Source: an uncultured bacterium | GTDB taxonomy: Bacteria > Krumholzibacteriota > Krumholzibacteriia > LZORAL124-64-63 | Direction of reading: 5' to 3' | NCBI GenBank assembly: GCA_963732385.1 | Contig: CAVSZB010000003.1 | Span: forward strand, 352,001-416,000 | DNA length: 64,000 nucleotides | In this document: positions 18,994-25,925 of the stretch, piece by piece | Layout of the letters: the number at the start of each line of letters is the position of its first letter | Numbering within the stretch: the first letter of the stretch is position 1 | Program-made: the position numbers and the translations under genes | Notes under the pieces: generated by a model | Databases searched by the model: none | Told to the model about the DNA's origin: nothing | Seen by the model: only the letters and a program-made list of their open reading frames with translations

Positions 18994-21015
18994 ATGAAAA
19001 AGGTTTTCCTGGGCACCGCCATGTGCGCGTGCCTTCTGATGGCTGGCCTGGCGTCAGCCCAGTTGACCGCCATTGATACGATCCAGACCTACAACCCCGT
19101 CACCGGTGCGCCCACCCCGTTCCCCGTCTCGGGCACCATCGTAACCGTTCAGGGTACTCTTTATGTTCTCAAGGGCAGTTTCAACACCGGTTCCCACTAC
19201 ATCCAGGCTGCCGACGCTGGCATCCAGGTGTTCAACTCCACCCTGAACCTGGGCACGATCGGCGACCTGATCGAGGTCACAGGAGCGGTCGGGGTATTCT
19301 CGAACGAAATCCAGATCACCAACCTGACGAACAACTCGATAATCTCGCATCCGGGCGAGCCGGCCCCGCTCGTCAAGACGATTTCCCAACTGGTGCACTG
19401 GACCGGCGGCGTTCCTCCCAGAGTCAATGACTACGAGAGTGTCGGCAGTTTCGTCCGGGTGACGGGCAACATCGCTACCGCCCCCACGAACAACACCCCG
19501 ACCTCGGACAAGCAGTTCAGCATCATGGCGGACGGCGACACCGTGATCGTTTTCGTCGATAAGGACACCGCCATCGATGTCGGCGCGGTCGCCGTGGGAG
19601 ATCTCTATCAGATCGACGCGGCCTGCGTGCGGTACGGCACAGCGCCGCCCGTGATCGAGCTCAAGCCGCGCTCCCAGAACGACCTGGTCGAAAACCCGGG
19701 GAGTCCGGCTCCCGCCATCGAGAACGTGATCTCTTCGAACTATCATCCGCTGTCGACCACGGCGCTGACCATCAGCGCGGACATCACCAGCGGCGGGGGC
19801 ACGATCAGTGGCGCCACGCTCTACTGGCGCAACAGCGCGGGCGACAGCCTCGGCGCCTACACAGCCACTCCCATGACTTTGGGCACGGCGCCGAAGTACT
19901 CCGGCGTCATCCCGACGCCGCACTCGGGCATCCGGGTGGACTACTACGTCTCGGCGACCGACAACCTGGCGCAGACCACCCTGTCGCCGTCCGCGGCGCC
20001 GACGGCCCACAACGAGCTGGCGGTCGGCTTCACGACGATCCACGACATGCAGTACGTTGACCCGAACGCCGTGAGCCAGTCGTCACCGTACCGCTACAAG
20101 GTCGTCAACCTCGAGGGCATCGTCACCTACGGTACCGGCGAGGCCGGCGCGGTCAGCAAGTTCATCATGGAGACGTCCACGGGCGGCCCGTTCAGCGGCG
20201 CCCTGGTCTACGACGGGACCGGCACCTACGGCGCGGTCTACACGGGGGACCTGGTCCAGGTCGGCGGTCGCATTGACGAGTATCTCGGCTGCACCGAAGT
20301 TCTGCCCTTCCGCAAGCCCGACGGCGTGCTTGCCGGTTCCACCGGCGCTCCGGTCTCCGTGCTCGCCTACAACAGCAAGTTGCCGGCGGCGATGTACGTT
20401 TCGACCCGGGTCCTGGCCGACGGCGTCTCGACCGATGGCAACGGCTACCTGGGCGAGGCCTACGAGACCTGCCGTGTCCGCACGAAGGCCTCGCTGGTGC
20501 TTCCCAACGCCCCTCTTCCCTCCCGCGGTTTCGGGATTACCGACACCGGCGTCCTGGCGGATTCGGTGCGAGTGGTCCCGCTGGTCGACCTCACGTATCC
20601 GCACACCGCGGGTGACTTCGTGGTGGTCGAGGGCTGGATGGATTACAACGGCACGTACATGCTTCGCCCCGTCCGGGACGAGGACATCGCGTACGGCATC
20701 ACCGGCGTCGGCGACACCACGCCGCAGGTGCTGCCCGCGGGCGGTTTTGTCGGCGTGTCTCCGAACCCGTTCAATCCCCGCACGGAGATCGAGTTCGTCC
20801 TGACACGGTCGAATCTGGCCCAGTTGAACATCTACAACCTGCGCGGCCAGCTGGTGCGCTCGTTGGCCAATGGTCACCTGGAAGCCGGGACCTACACGCT
20901 GGTCTGGGACGGGACCGACGAAGCCGGCAACCGCATGGGCAGCGGGACCTTCTTCGCCCGCCTGCGCATCGGCGCCGAGGTCATGCAGGTCCAGAAGCTT
21001 TCGCTCGTGAAGTGA
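18994..21015 (+). CDS. Secreted protein with OB-fold-like repeats and C-terminal FlgD-Ig (PNPFNP) domain
   Basis: Signal peptide MKKVFLGTAMC...ASAQ, repeated 'GD.v.V.G.v' OB-like units, C-terminus SPNPFNPRTEIEF...IYNLRGQLVR...WDGTD..G...GSGTFFARL...KLSLVK. Its current stop TGA is completed by the IS end. Confidence 0.8.
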   Translation: MKKVFLGTAMCACLLMAGLASAQLTAIDTIQTYNPVTGAPTPFPVSGTIVTVQGTLYVLKGSFNTGSHYIQAADAGIQVFNSTLNLGTIGDLIEVTGAVGVFSNEIQITNLTNNSIISHPGEPAPLVKTISQLVHWTGGVPPRVNDYESVGSFVRVTGNIATAPTNNTPTSDKQFSIMADGDTVIVFVDKDTAIDVGAVAVGDLYQIDAACVRYGTAPPVIELKPRSQNDLVENPGSPAPAIENVISSNYHPLSTTALTISADITSGGGTISGATLYWRNSAGDSLGAYTATPMTLGTAPKYSGVIPTPHSGIRVDYYVSATDNLAQTTLSPSAAPTAHNELAVGFTTIHDMQYVDPNAVSQSSPYRYKVVNLEGIVTYGTGEAGAVSKFIMETSTGGPFSGALVYDGTGTYGAVYTGDLVQVGGRIDEYLGCTEVLPFRKPDGVLAGSTGAPVSVLAYNSKLPAAMYVSTRVLADGVSTDGNGYLGEAYETCRVRTKASLVLPNAPLPSRGFGITDTGVLADSVRVVPLVDLTYPHTAGDFVVVEGWMDYNGTYMLRPVRDEDIAYGITGVGDTTPQVLPAGGFVGVSPNPFNPRTEIEFVLTRSNLAQLNIYNLRGQLVRSLANGHLEAGTYTLVWDGTDEAGNRMGSGTFFARLRIGAEVMQVQKLSLVK

Positions 21016-21056
21016 TATGGAACGGCTAGTCAAACGTTGATTAGTGCGCTCCTCGG

Positions 21057-21085
21057 GGGCCCCGGCGACAGCCGGGGCCCTTCTT
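21057..21085. terminator. Terminator-like hairpin inside the IS right end
   Basis: GGGCCCCGGC-GACA-GCCGGGGCCC followed by TTCTT on +. Lies downstream of both the host gene (+) and the IS RNA (-). Confidence 0.6.
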
Positions 21086-21099
21086 ACGCCTGGTTGTTG

Positions 21100-21260
21100 G
21101 GAGCAGGGACTGCAACGACGGTTGATCAGACTGATATCCGCGGGTTGGTTACCGCACACAATTCTGTCCGTCTCGGGGTGACCTCCGTCTAACACCGCGG
21201 GTCCAGCTCATGGCCTGCCGCATACTTCAAACGAGGATTCCCCTGACCGGTCCCTGCTCC
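21100..21260 (-). ncRNA. Putative IS110 bridge/seek RNA
   Basis: Closed by an 11-bp perfect stem (21250-21260 with 21100-21110). Two internal loops: TGAAGTA matches the empty target and ATATCAG matches the circle junction. Confidence 0.8.
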
Positions 21261-21270
21261 ACTCAGCGTC

Positions 21271-22386
21271 CTAGTGTTGCTTCGTGGCTGCGACCCACAT
21301 CGCGGCCCACACGAATCCACTCAGTTCACGGGCCACCGCGACGGCGACCTTGTTGCGATGCTTCGTCTTCTCCAGGTGATGGAATCGCCTGCCGAGTCGA
21401 TGCTGGGCCTTCACGGCGATCGCGACCATTTCAGGATCCTGACCCATCCGGCGGCGATCGAGGATCAAGGTCGAGCCTACCCTGTACTGGTAGTGCCAAG
21501 CGGCTTCGACTAGGATCCGTCTTAGGAATGTGTTGCCCGCCTTGGTGATCGAACCACGATGTTGTTGCTCGCCGCTGGAGTGCTCCTTTGACACCAACCC
21601 CGTGTACCCCATCAGCCGGTCCGGGTGACTGAAGCGACGGATGTCTCCGATCTCGGTGACCAACGTCATCGCCGTCAGGGTCTTGATGCCGCGGAAGCAC
21701 TGCAGCGCCTCGACGGTCGCCCGCCAGGGCTCGCGACAGGACCACTGCTCGATCTCGGCGTCGAGCGACCGCTGCTGAGACTCGAGGTACTCCAGGTGGT
21801 CGAGGTCGTAGGCCAGGACCGTCTGCAGCGGGCCCGTCATCTCGCGGCGCAACGTGGCCAGCCAGGCGCGATGCTGCTTCGTCCAATTGCTTTTGGTCCC
21901 GGTGAAACGATGTCCGTGGGTAGCCAGCACCCGGACGATCCGATGCTTGCTGCGCACGATCTGACGCTGCAGCGACAGTCGGCATCGCACGAGCTGGCGT
22001 ACCGCCTCTTGCTCCTCATCTGGTATCGTCACCGCCCGCAGATGGCCGCTGCGATACATGCGCGCCAAGCGCACGGCATCCAGGCGATCGGTCTTGCGGT
22101 GATCGCCCGGGCAGCGGGGGATCAGACTCGGGGCGATCACCTCGCACTGGAACCCATCGTGGTCCAGGGCCCGCTGCAGGACGTAGCCTGCACCCGAGGC
22201 CTCGTAGCATGCCCGCGGGGAGCCCTGCTTGGTCAAGCGGCGGAAGAGCCGGCGAACCGCGTTGAGGTCCCCTGGCAACCGGACAATCTCCGGGATGTCC
22301 TTGTCTCCAAAGAGGATCGCCGCGGTGATGGACTCCTGGTGAACATCCATGCCCACCCAAACGGTCGCTGTGCTATCGTGTGTCAT
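21271..22386 (-). CDS. IS110 family transposase/recombinase
   Basis: RuvC-like DEDD (GMDVH, CYEAS, KTDRLDA), C-terminal domain EIGDIRRF...YTGLVSKEHSSGE...GSITKAGN...LVEAAW, AVAREL. ORF intact. Confidence 0.95.
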   Translation of the reverse strand: MTHDSTATVWVGMDVHQESITAAILFGDKDIPEIVRLPGDLNAVRRLFRRLTKQGSPRACYEASGAGYVLQRALDHDGFQCEVIAPSLIPRCPGDHRKTDRLDAVRLARMYRSGHLRAVTIPDEEQEAVRQLVRCRLSLQRQIVRSKHRIVRVLATHGHRFTGTKSNWTKQHRAWLATLRREMTGPLQTVLAYDLDHLEYLESQQRSLDAEIEQWSCREPWRATVEALQCFRGIKTLTAMTLVTEIGDIRRFSHPDRLMGYTGLVSKEHSSGEQQHRGSITKAGNTFLRRILVEAAWHYQYRVGSTLILDRRRMGQDPEMVAIAVKAQHRLGRRFHHLEKTKHRNKVAVAVARELSGFVWAAMWVAATKQH

Positions 22387-22515
22387 GGCTGGGTCCTTTC
22401 GTGAGCGGGAGTTTCGGCTCCCTAGTGTCCCTGGTCCGTGCGGACTAACACACGATACCCGAGGGGCCCAGCCGTTCCATTATGTCTAGCGCATTCCGCG
22501 CACGGAAAACGCAGG

Positions 22516-22553
22516 GCGACCCCGGGGGCTTCGGCTCCCGGGGTCGCGTCTTT
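22516..22553. terminator. Bidirectional intrinsic terminator (original terminator of the FlgD-Ig gene)
   Basis: GCGACCCCGGGGGC-TTCG-GCTCCCGGGGTCGC with a cUUCGg loop and short T runs on both strands, between convergent genes. Confidence 0.7.
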
Positions 22554-22576
22554 CCGGGAGGAGCGCGTGGAGCGGG

Positions 22577-23719
22577 TCAGACCTGCAGGGGAATATCGAC
22601 GGTGAAGACCGTGCCCACGGATTCGGCGGAGCGTAAGCTGACCGTGCCGGCCAGACAGCGCTCGGTCAAAAGGCGCGCGCTGTAGGTGCCAAGTCCGCGG
22701 CCGGGCGATTTCGTGGAGAAGGAGCGCTGGAAGAGCTGGCGCTGATGGTCGGGGGCGATGACCGCGAGATTGTGGACGCTGATCAGACAGCGGTCGTGGT
22801 CGACGCTCGCCGTCAGGGTGACCGTTTCCCCCTTGGCGCTCGCCTCCAGGGCGTTCTTGAGCAGGTTGCCGACGACCCGCGAGAGGATGCGTTCGTCGGT
22901 GACCAGGGGCGGATCGGCGGGGGGGGCGCTGAGCGCGATGGTACGTCCTTCGGCGACCGGGTGGTGGCTGTAGAGCCCGACGAGATCGTTCATCCACCCG
23001 CGCAGCCTGACCGGATCCGGCACGGCCTGCAGATCGCCCTTCTCGGCCCACAGCAGGTCGCGGTGGCCTCCGATCATGTCGGTCAGCTGCATGCTCAGGC
23101 GGTCGAGCAGCGACAGGCACTCGGCGCGATCCGTCTCGCCCATCTCCGGGATCAACTGCGCCAGGCCGCGGATGCCTCCGGTCACGTTGAGTACGTCGTG
23201 GAAGAAGAGACGCTGCAGCGCCTCCTTGCGGCGCTCCTCGCCGACGTCCCGCAGGCTGGCGACCCAGAGCGGCTCCGGAATGATGCCGGTGAGCCGTCGC
23301 ATGTGGACCTCGAACTCGCGCGTTTCAACGAAGTTGTTGAGCGACAACGAAACCCGCCACTCGCCTCGCGCGTCGCCCTCTGCGAGGCCGAGCGCGAGGG
23401 TGCGGTTGGCGCCGCAGGCGGCGCAGCCAGGATCGCGGGTGCAGATATCGGGGCCCTGCGCCGCCCGCGTGCAGCCGAACGCTTCACCCGGCCGCAGTCC
23501 GATCAGGGTGGCGCCGTCGCGCCCCTGTCCGAGTTCGCGCGCGCCGGCGCTGGCCAGTACGATGCGCAGATTTCCATCCAGCAACAACAGCGGTGATGGC
23601 ACGGCGGCGAAGAGATCGCACAGGCCGGGGGCTTGCTGGCGTACGGCGTCGGCCAGCGCACTGACCTGGCTGCAGCCTGGCGCCGGGGGCGCGATCCGGT
23701 TTGCTGTTTCTGCTGACAT
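22577..23719 (-). CDS. Cytoplasmic sensor histidine kinase with Cys-rich PAS-like input
   Basis: FFHDVLNVTGGI (H-box), VVGNLLKNALEA (N-box), FSTKSPGRGLGTY (G-box). N-terminal LRPGEAFGC-x8-C-x5-C-x2-C. Start placed at ATG 23719, downstream of the promoter. Confidence 0.85.
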   Translation of the reverse strand: MSAETANRIAPPAPGCSQVSALADAVRQQAPGLCDLFAAVPSPLLLLDGNLRIVLASAGARELGQGRDGATLIGLRPGEAFGCTRAAQGPDICTRDPGCAACGANRTLALGLAEGDARGEWRVSLSLNNFVETREFEVHMRRLTGIIPEPLWVASLRDVGEERRKEALQRLFFHDVLNVTGGIRGLAQLIPEMGETDRAECLSLLDRLSMQLTDMIGGHRDLLWAEKGDLQAVPDPVRLRGWMNDLVGLYSHHPVAEGRTIALSAPPADPPLVTDERILSRVVGNLLKNALEASAKGETVTLTASVDHDRCLISVHNLAVIAPDHQRQLFQRSFSTKSPGRGLGTYSARLLTERCLAGTVSLRSAESVGTVFTVDIPLQV

Positions 23720-23806
23720 AACGGGCTCCGAATTTGCGTCGCGGACCGATTCCGGTACGGCACGTCCGGCACGGGCGGGCGTCGCGGAATCCGGCTCCGG
23801 ACTACG

Positions 23807-23833
23807 GGATCGGCAGTTCACGCCGGGCCTTGA
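23807..23833 (-). promoter_or_regulatory. sigma28 (FliA/WhiG)-like promoter
   Basis: TCAA-N15-GCCGATCC on the minus strand, upstream of the kinase. Confidence 0.55.
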
Positions 23834-23979
23834 GCCTTGGTGCTAATCGATTCCCGGGCGCGCCCGGAGATCGTAGCGCCACAGTTGCATCTCTATAAAA
23901 ATGTCCTACCATGGTCCGGCAGTTTGTATAAGCAGCCCCGCGAGGGCCACGATTCTGGTCTCTTTCCGGGAAGGGTGAC

Positions 23980-24315
23980 GTGAACGAGCAAACCCTGGTC
24001 CGCGTCAGCGCGGACGCGCAGACCGCCTTGGGCGGCATCGACTTCACTGCGGCCGGCGCCGGCGCGGTGCGGGTCTACTTCATGGGCTTTGGCTGAGGCG
24101 GACCATCCCTCGGGATGGCTCTGGATGAGCCGAAAAACGATGACAAGATTGTCGATCTGGGCGCCTGCAAGGTTGTCCTCGCTCCCGATGTCCTGGAGAT
24201 GGTCCAGAAATCGGGCGGCGTGGATATCGACTTTGTAACGGACGACGCGCGCCGCGGCTACACCATCAAGCTCAGCAACAAGGACTGCGGCGGCGGTTGC
24301 GACTGCGGTTCCTGA
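23980..24315 (+). CDS. HesB/IscA-like selenoprotein (Sec at codon 39)
   Basis: GTG 23980 ...VRVYFMGFG-TGA(24094-24096)-GGPSLGMALDEP... continues in frame to DCGGGCDCGS. UGA sits at the conserved Cys position of HesB-like proteins. Confidence 0.85.
24103..24118 (+). promoter_or_regulatory. Candidate bacterial SECIS hairpin
   Basis: CCATCC-CTCG-GGATGG starting 7 nt after the in-frame UGA. Confidence 0.55.
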
Positions 24316-24338
24316 CCGGGCGCCGCGGGTGGGAAACG

Positions 24339-24368
24339 CGCAGGAGGAGGCCGGGGCCTCCTCCTGCG
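24339..24368. terminator. Hairpin between convergent genes
   Basis: CGCAGGAGGAGGC-CGGG-GCCTCCTCCTGCG, 13-bp perfect stem. Confidence 0.6.
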
Positions 24369-24401
24369 TTCACTTGGGGTGCCGGTCGCGACAGGTGAGA
24401 G

Positions 24402-24620
24402 CTAGTAGTTTCCCGCTTCCTTCTCGTCGTCGCCGTCAGACTCGTCGTCGTCGTCGTCGTCGAAGTCATCGTCCGCGTCATCCTCGTCGAGCTCGGCGTC
24501 CTCGCCTGCCTCCGCGTCCTCTTCCCACTCGTCGCGGCAGTCGTCCGAGCAGAAGCTCAGCTTCTTGAAGCTGACGGCCTTCCCGGTGACTTCATCGCCG
24601 CACCAGGCGCACTCGCTCAT
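24402..24620 (-). CDS. Small TRASH/YHS-like metal-binding protein with highly acidic tail
   Basis: MSECAWCGDEVTGKAVSFKKLSFCSDDC (C-x2-C-x16-C-x3-C), then a D/E-rich tail. RBS GGAGG before ATG 24620. Confidence 0.7.
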   Translation of the reverse strand: MSECAWCGDEVTGKAVSFKKLSFCSDDCRDEWEEDAEAGEDAELDEDDADDDFDDDDDDESDGDDEKEAGNY

Positions 24621-24821
24621 GTCTGGAGCACCTCCGGAAAGCGGTTGATCATCTGGGCCGCCCGGCTCAGCGGCCCGCGACGACCGTGTCTGACCCGCTC
24701 GTGGGCTGCGGCGGGTCGGTGGTGATTGAAACCTCCGCACCGTCCGGGCGCGGGCGGTTTCGGCGCATAAATACACGGAAACCCGGGAAGCGCAAGGGAG
24801 AAACCGAGAATTTTCCGACCC

Positions 24822-25631
24822 TCAGCCCCGCCGGTAGGCCATGACATAAGCCACCCAGGCCGGGGCGGAGTCTCCCATGGTGCCTGGCCGGAAGATCCCG
24901 CTCGGCTGGCCGGTTTGATCGGTGCCCTCCCAGTAGACGGTCGTTTCGGCAAACCCGGCCGTCTGAAGCAGTTCGCGCACCTCCGGCACCGACCAGAGGC
25001 GCCAGTCGTAGCTGAAGGCCCGGCGCAGCGAAGTGCCGTCGGGGAAAGCAAAATGGATGTGGCAGCGGTAGGCGTGCGTGATCGGATTGAAGGAGGCCTG
25101 GTCCCAGAAGTAGAAAAACCCCTCGCAGCGGCGTTCCTCCTGTTGCGTGACCTGGGCTTCGGGGCCGCCGTAGATGTCGAGCGCGAGCATGCCGTCGTCA
25201 CGCAGGGAGCGGTAGCAGTTGCGCAGATAAGCCAGCAGATCGGCGTGCGTTTTGAAGGTCCACCAGGAAAAGTTGGTGGCCGCGAGGATGTCGGCGCGCG
25301 GACGCCGCACGCGGCGCACATCGTCCTGCACCAGGCGCACACGCAGCGAGGCGGCGCCAAGGGGGGACACGTTGTGGCGTCGCCCCCAGGCGAGGGTGGG
25401 GCCATGCAGGTCGACGCCGAGCGCGACATTGCGCGCGTTCTTTCGCACCCAGGCGCAGCTCAGGGCCGCGGTGCCGCAGAAATCCTCGCGCAGGAAGCTG
25501 GCCGGACGCTTGAACACACGCCGGTACGCGGTGTCGAGAAAGCCGGCTTCCCAATCCACGTTCTGCACGCTGTTTTCGTAGAGCCAGTGGCGGTCGGCGG
25601 TGGCGGCGGTCAGGGGCTTCCTAGCGGGCAT
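24822..25631 (-). CDS. Class I SAM-dependent methyltransferase
   Basis: ADRHWLYENSVQ, LREDFCGTAALS (motif I-like), ALGVDL, DDGMLALDIYGG, FSYDWRLWS. Confidence 0.75.
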   Translation of the reverse strand: MPARKPLTAATADRHWLYENSVQNVDWEAGFLDTAYRRVFKRPASFLREDFCGTAALSCAWVRKNARNVALGVDLHGPTLAWGRRHNVSPLGAASLRVRLVQDDVRRVRRPRADILAATNFSWWTFKTHADLLAYLRNCYRSLRDDGMLALDIYGGPEAQVTQQEERRCEGFFYFWDQASFNPITHAYRCHIHFAFPDGTSLRRAFSYDWRLWSVPEVRELLQTAGFAETTVYWEGTDQTGQPSGIFRPGTMGDSAPAWVAYVMAYRRG

Positions 25632-25925
25632 GGGCTCTTCCTTCCCGGGACGATGTCGATGATGGGAGATCGCGCGGCGGTCGAGGCCGTGGCCGGCCCC
25701 GGCGGCTCAGAGCCGGCCGTGCGCGGCGAGGCATCCTGAACGACCGCGAGGCTCAAGTCAAGCCCCTGAAGGGTGTTGCGAGGGGGTGGGCGGATATTGT
25801 GAACGCCTCCGACAGCAAGGAGGAATTAGAGAATTGCTTATCGACAATTCTGTTTGTCCTGCGCATACTAACACCAGTTCCGATCTGGCGCCCGACGGCG
25901 CGGAACCCTACCGAGGAGGTGCGCC

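Larger units (their letters stand above)
21014..22487 (-). mobile_element. IS110-family insertion sequence (IS1111-like, sub-terminal inverted repeats)
   Basis: Perfect 11-bp IRs ATGGAACGGCT (21017-21027) and AGCCGTTCCAT (22470-22480), 3 and 7 nt inside the ends. No target duplication. Removing the element restores ...GTG AAG TAG CGC. Confidence 0.9.

Noticed and set aside
21057..21085. Hairpin as the native terminator of gene 18994-21015 or as a REP-like IS target
   Set aside because: It lies inside the IS inverted-repeat boundary; the native terminator is at 22516-22553.
24115..24315. 66-aa ORF as an independent gene
   Set aside because: It is the post-UGA half of the HesB-like selenoprotein.
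24442..24462. (TCG)n tract as a contingency microsatellite
   Set aside because: Encodes the poly-Asp tail in frame; triplet slippage would not switch phase.
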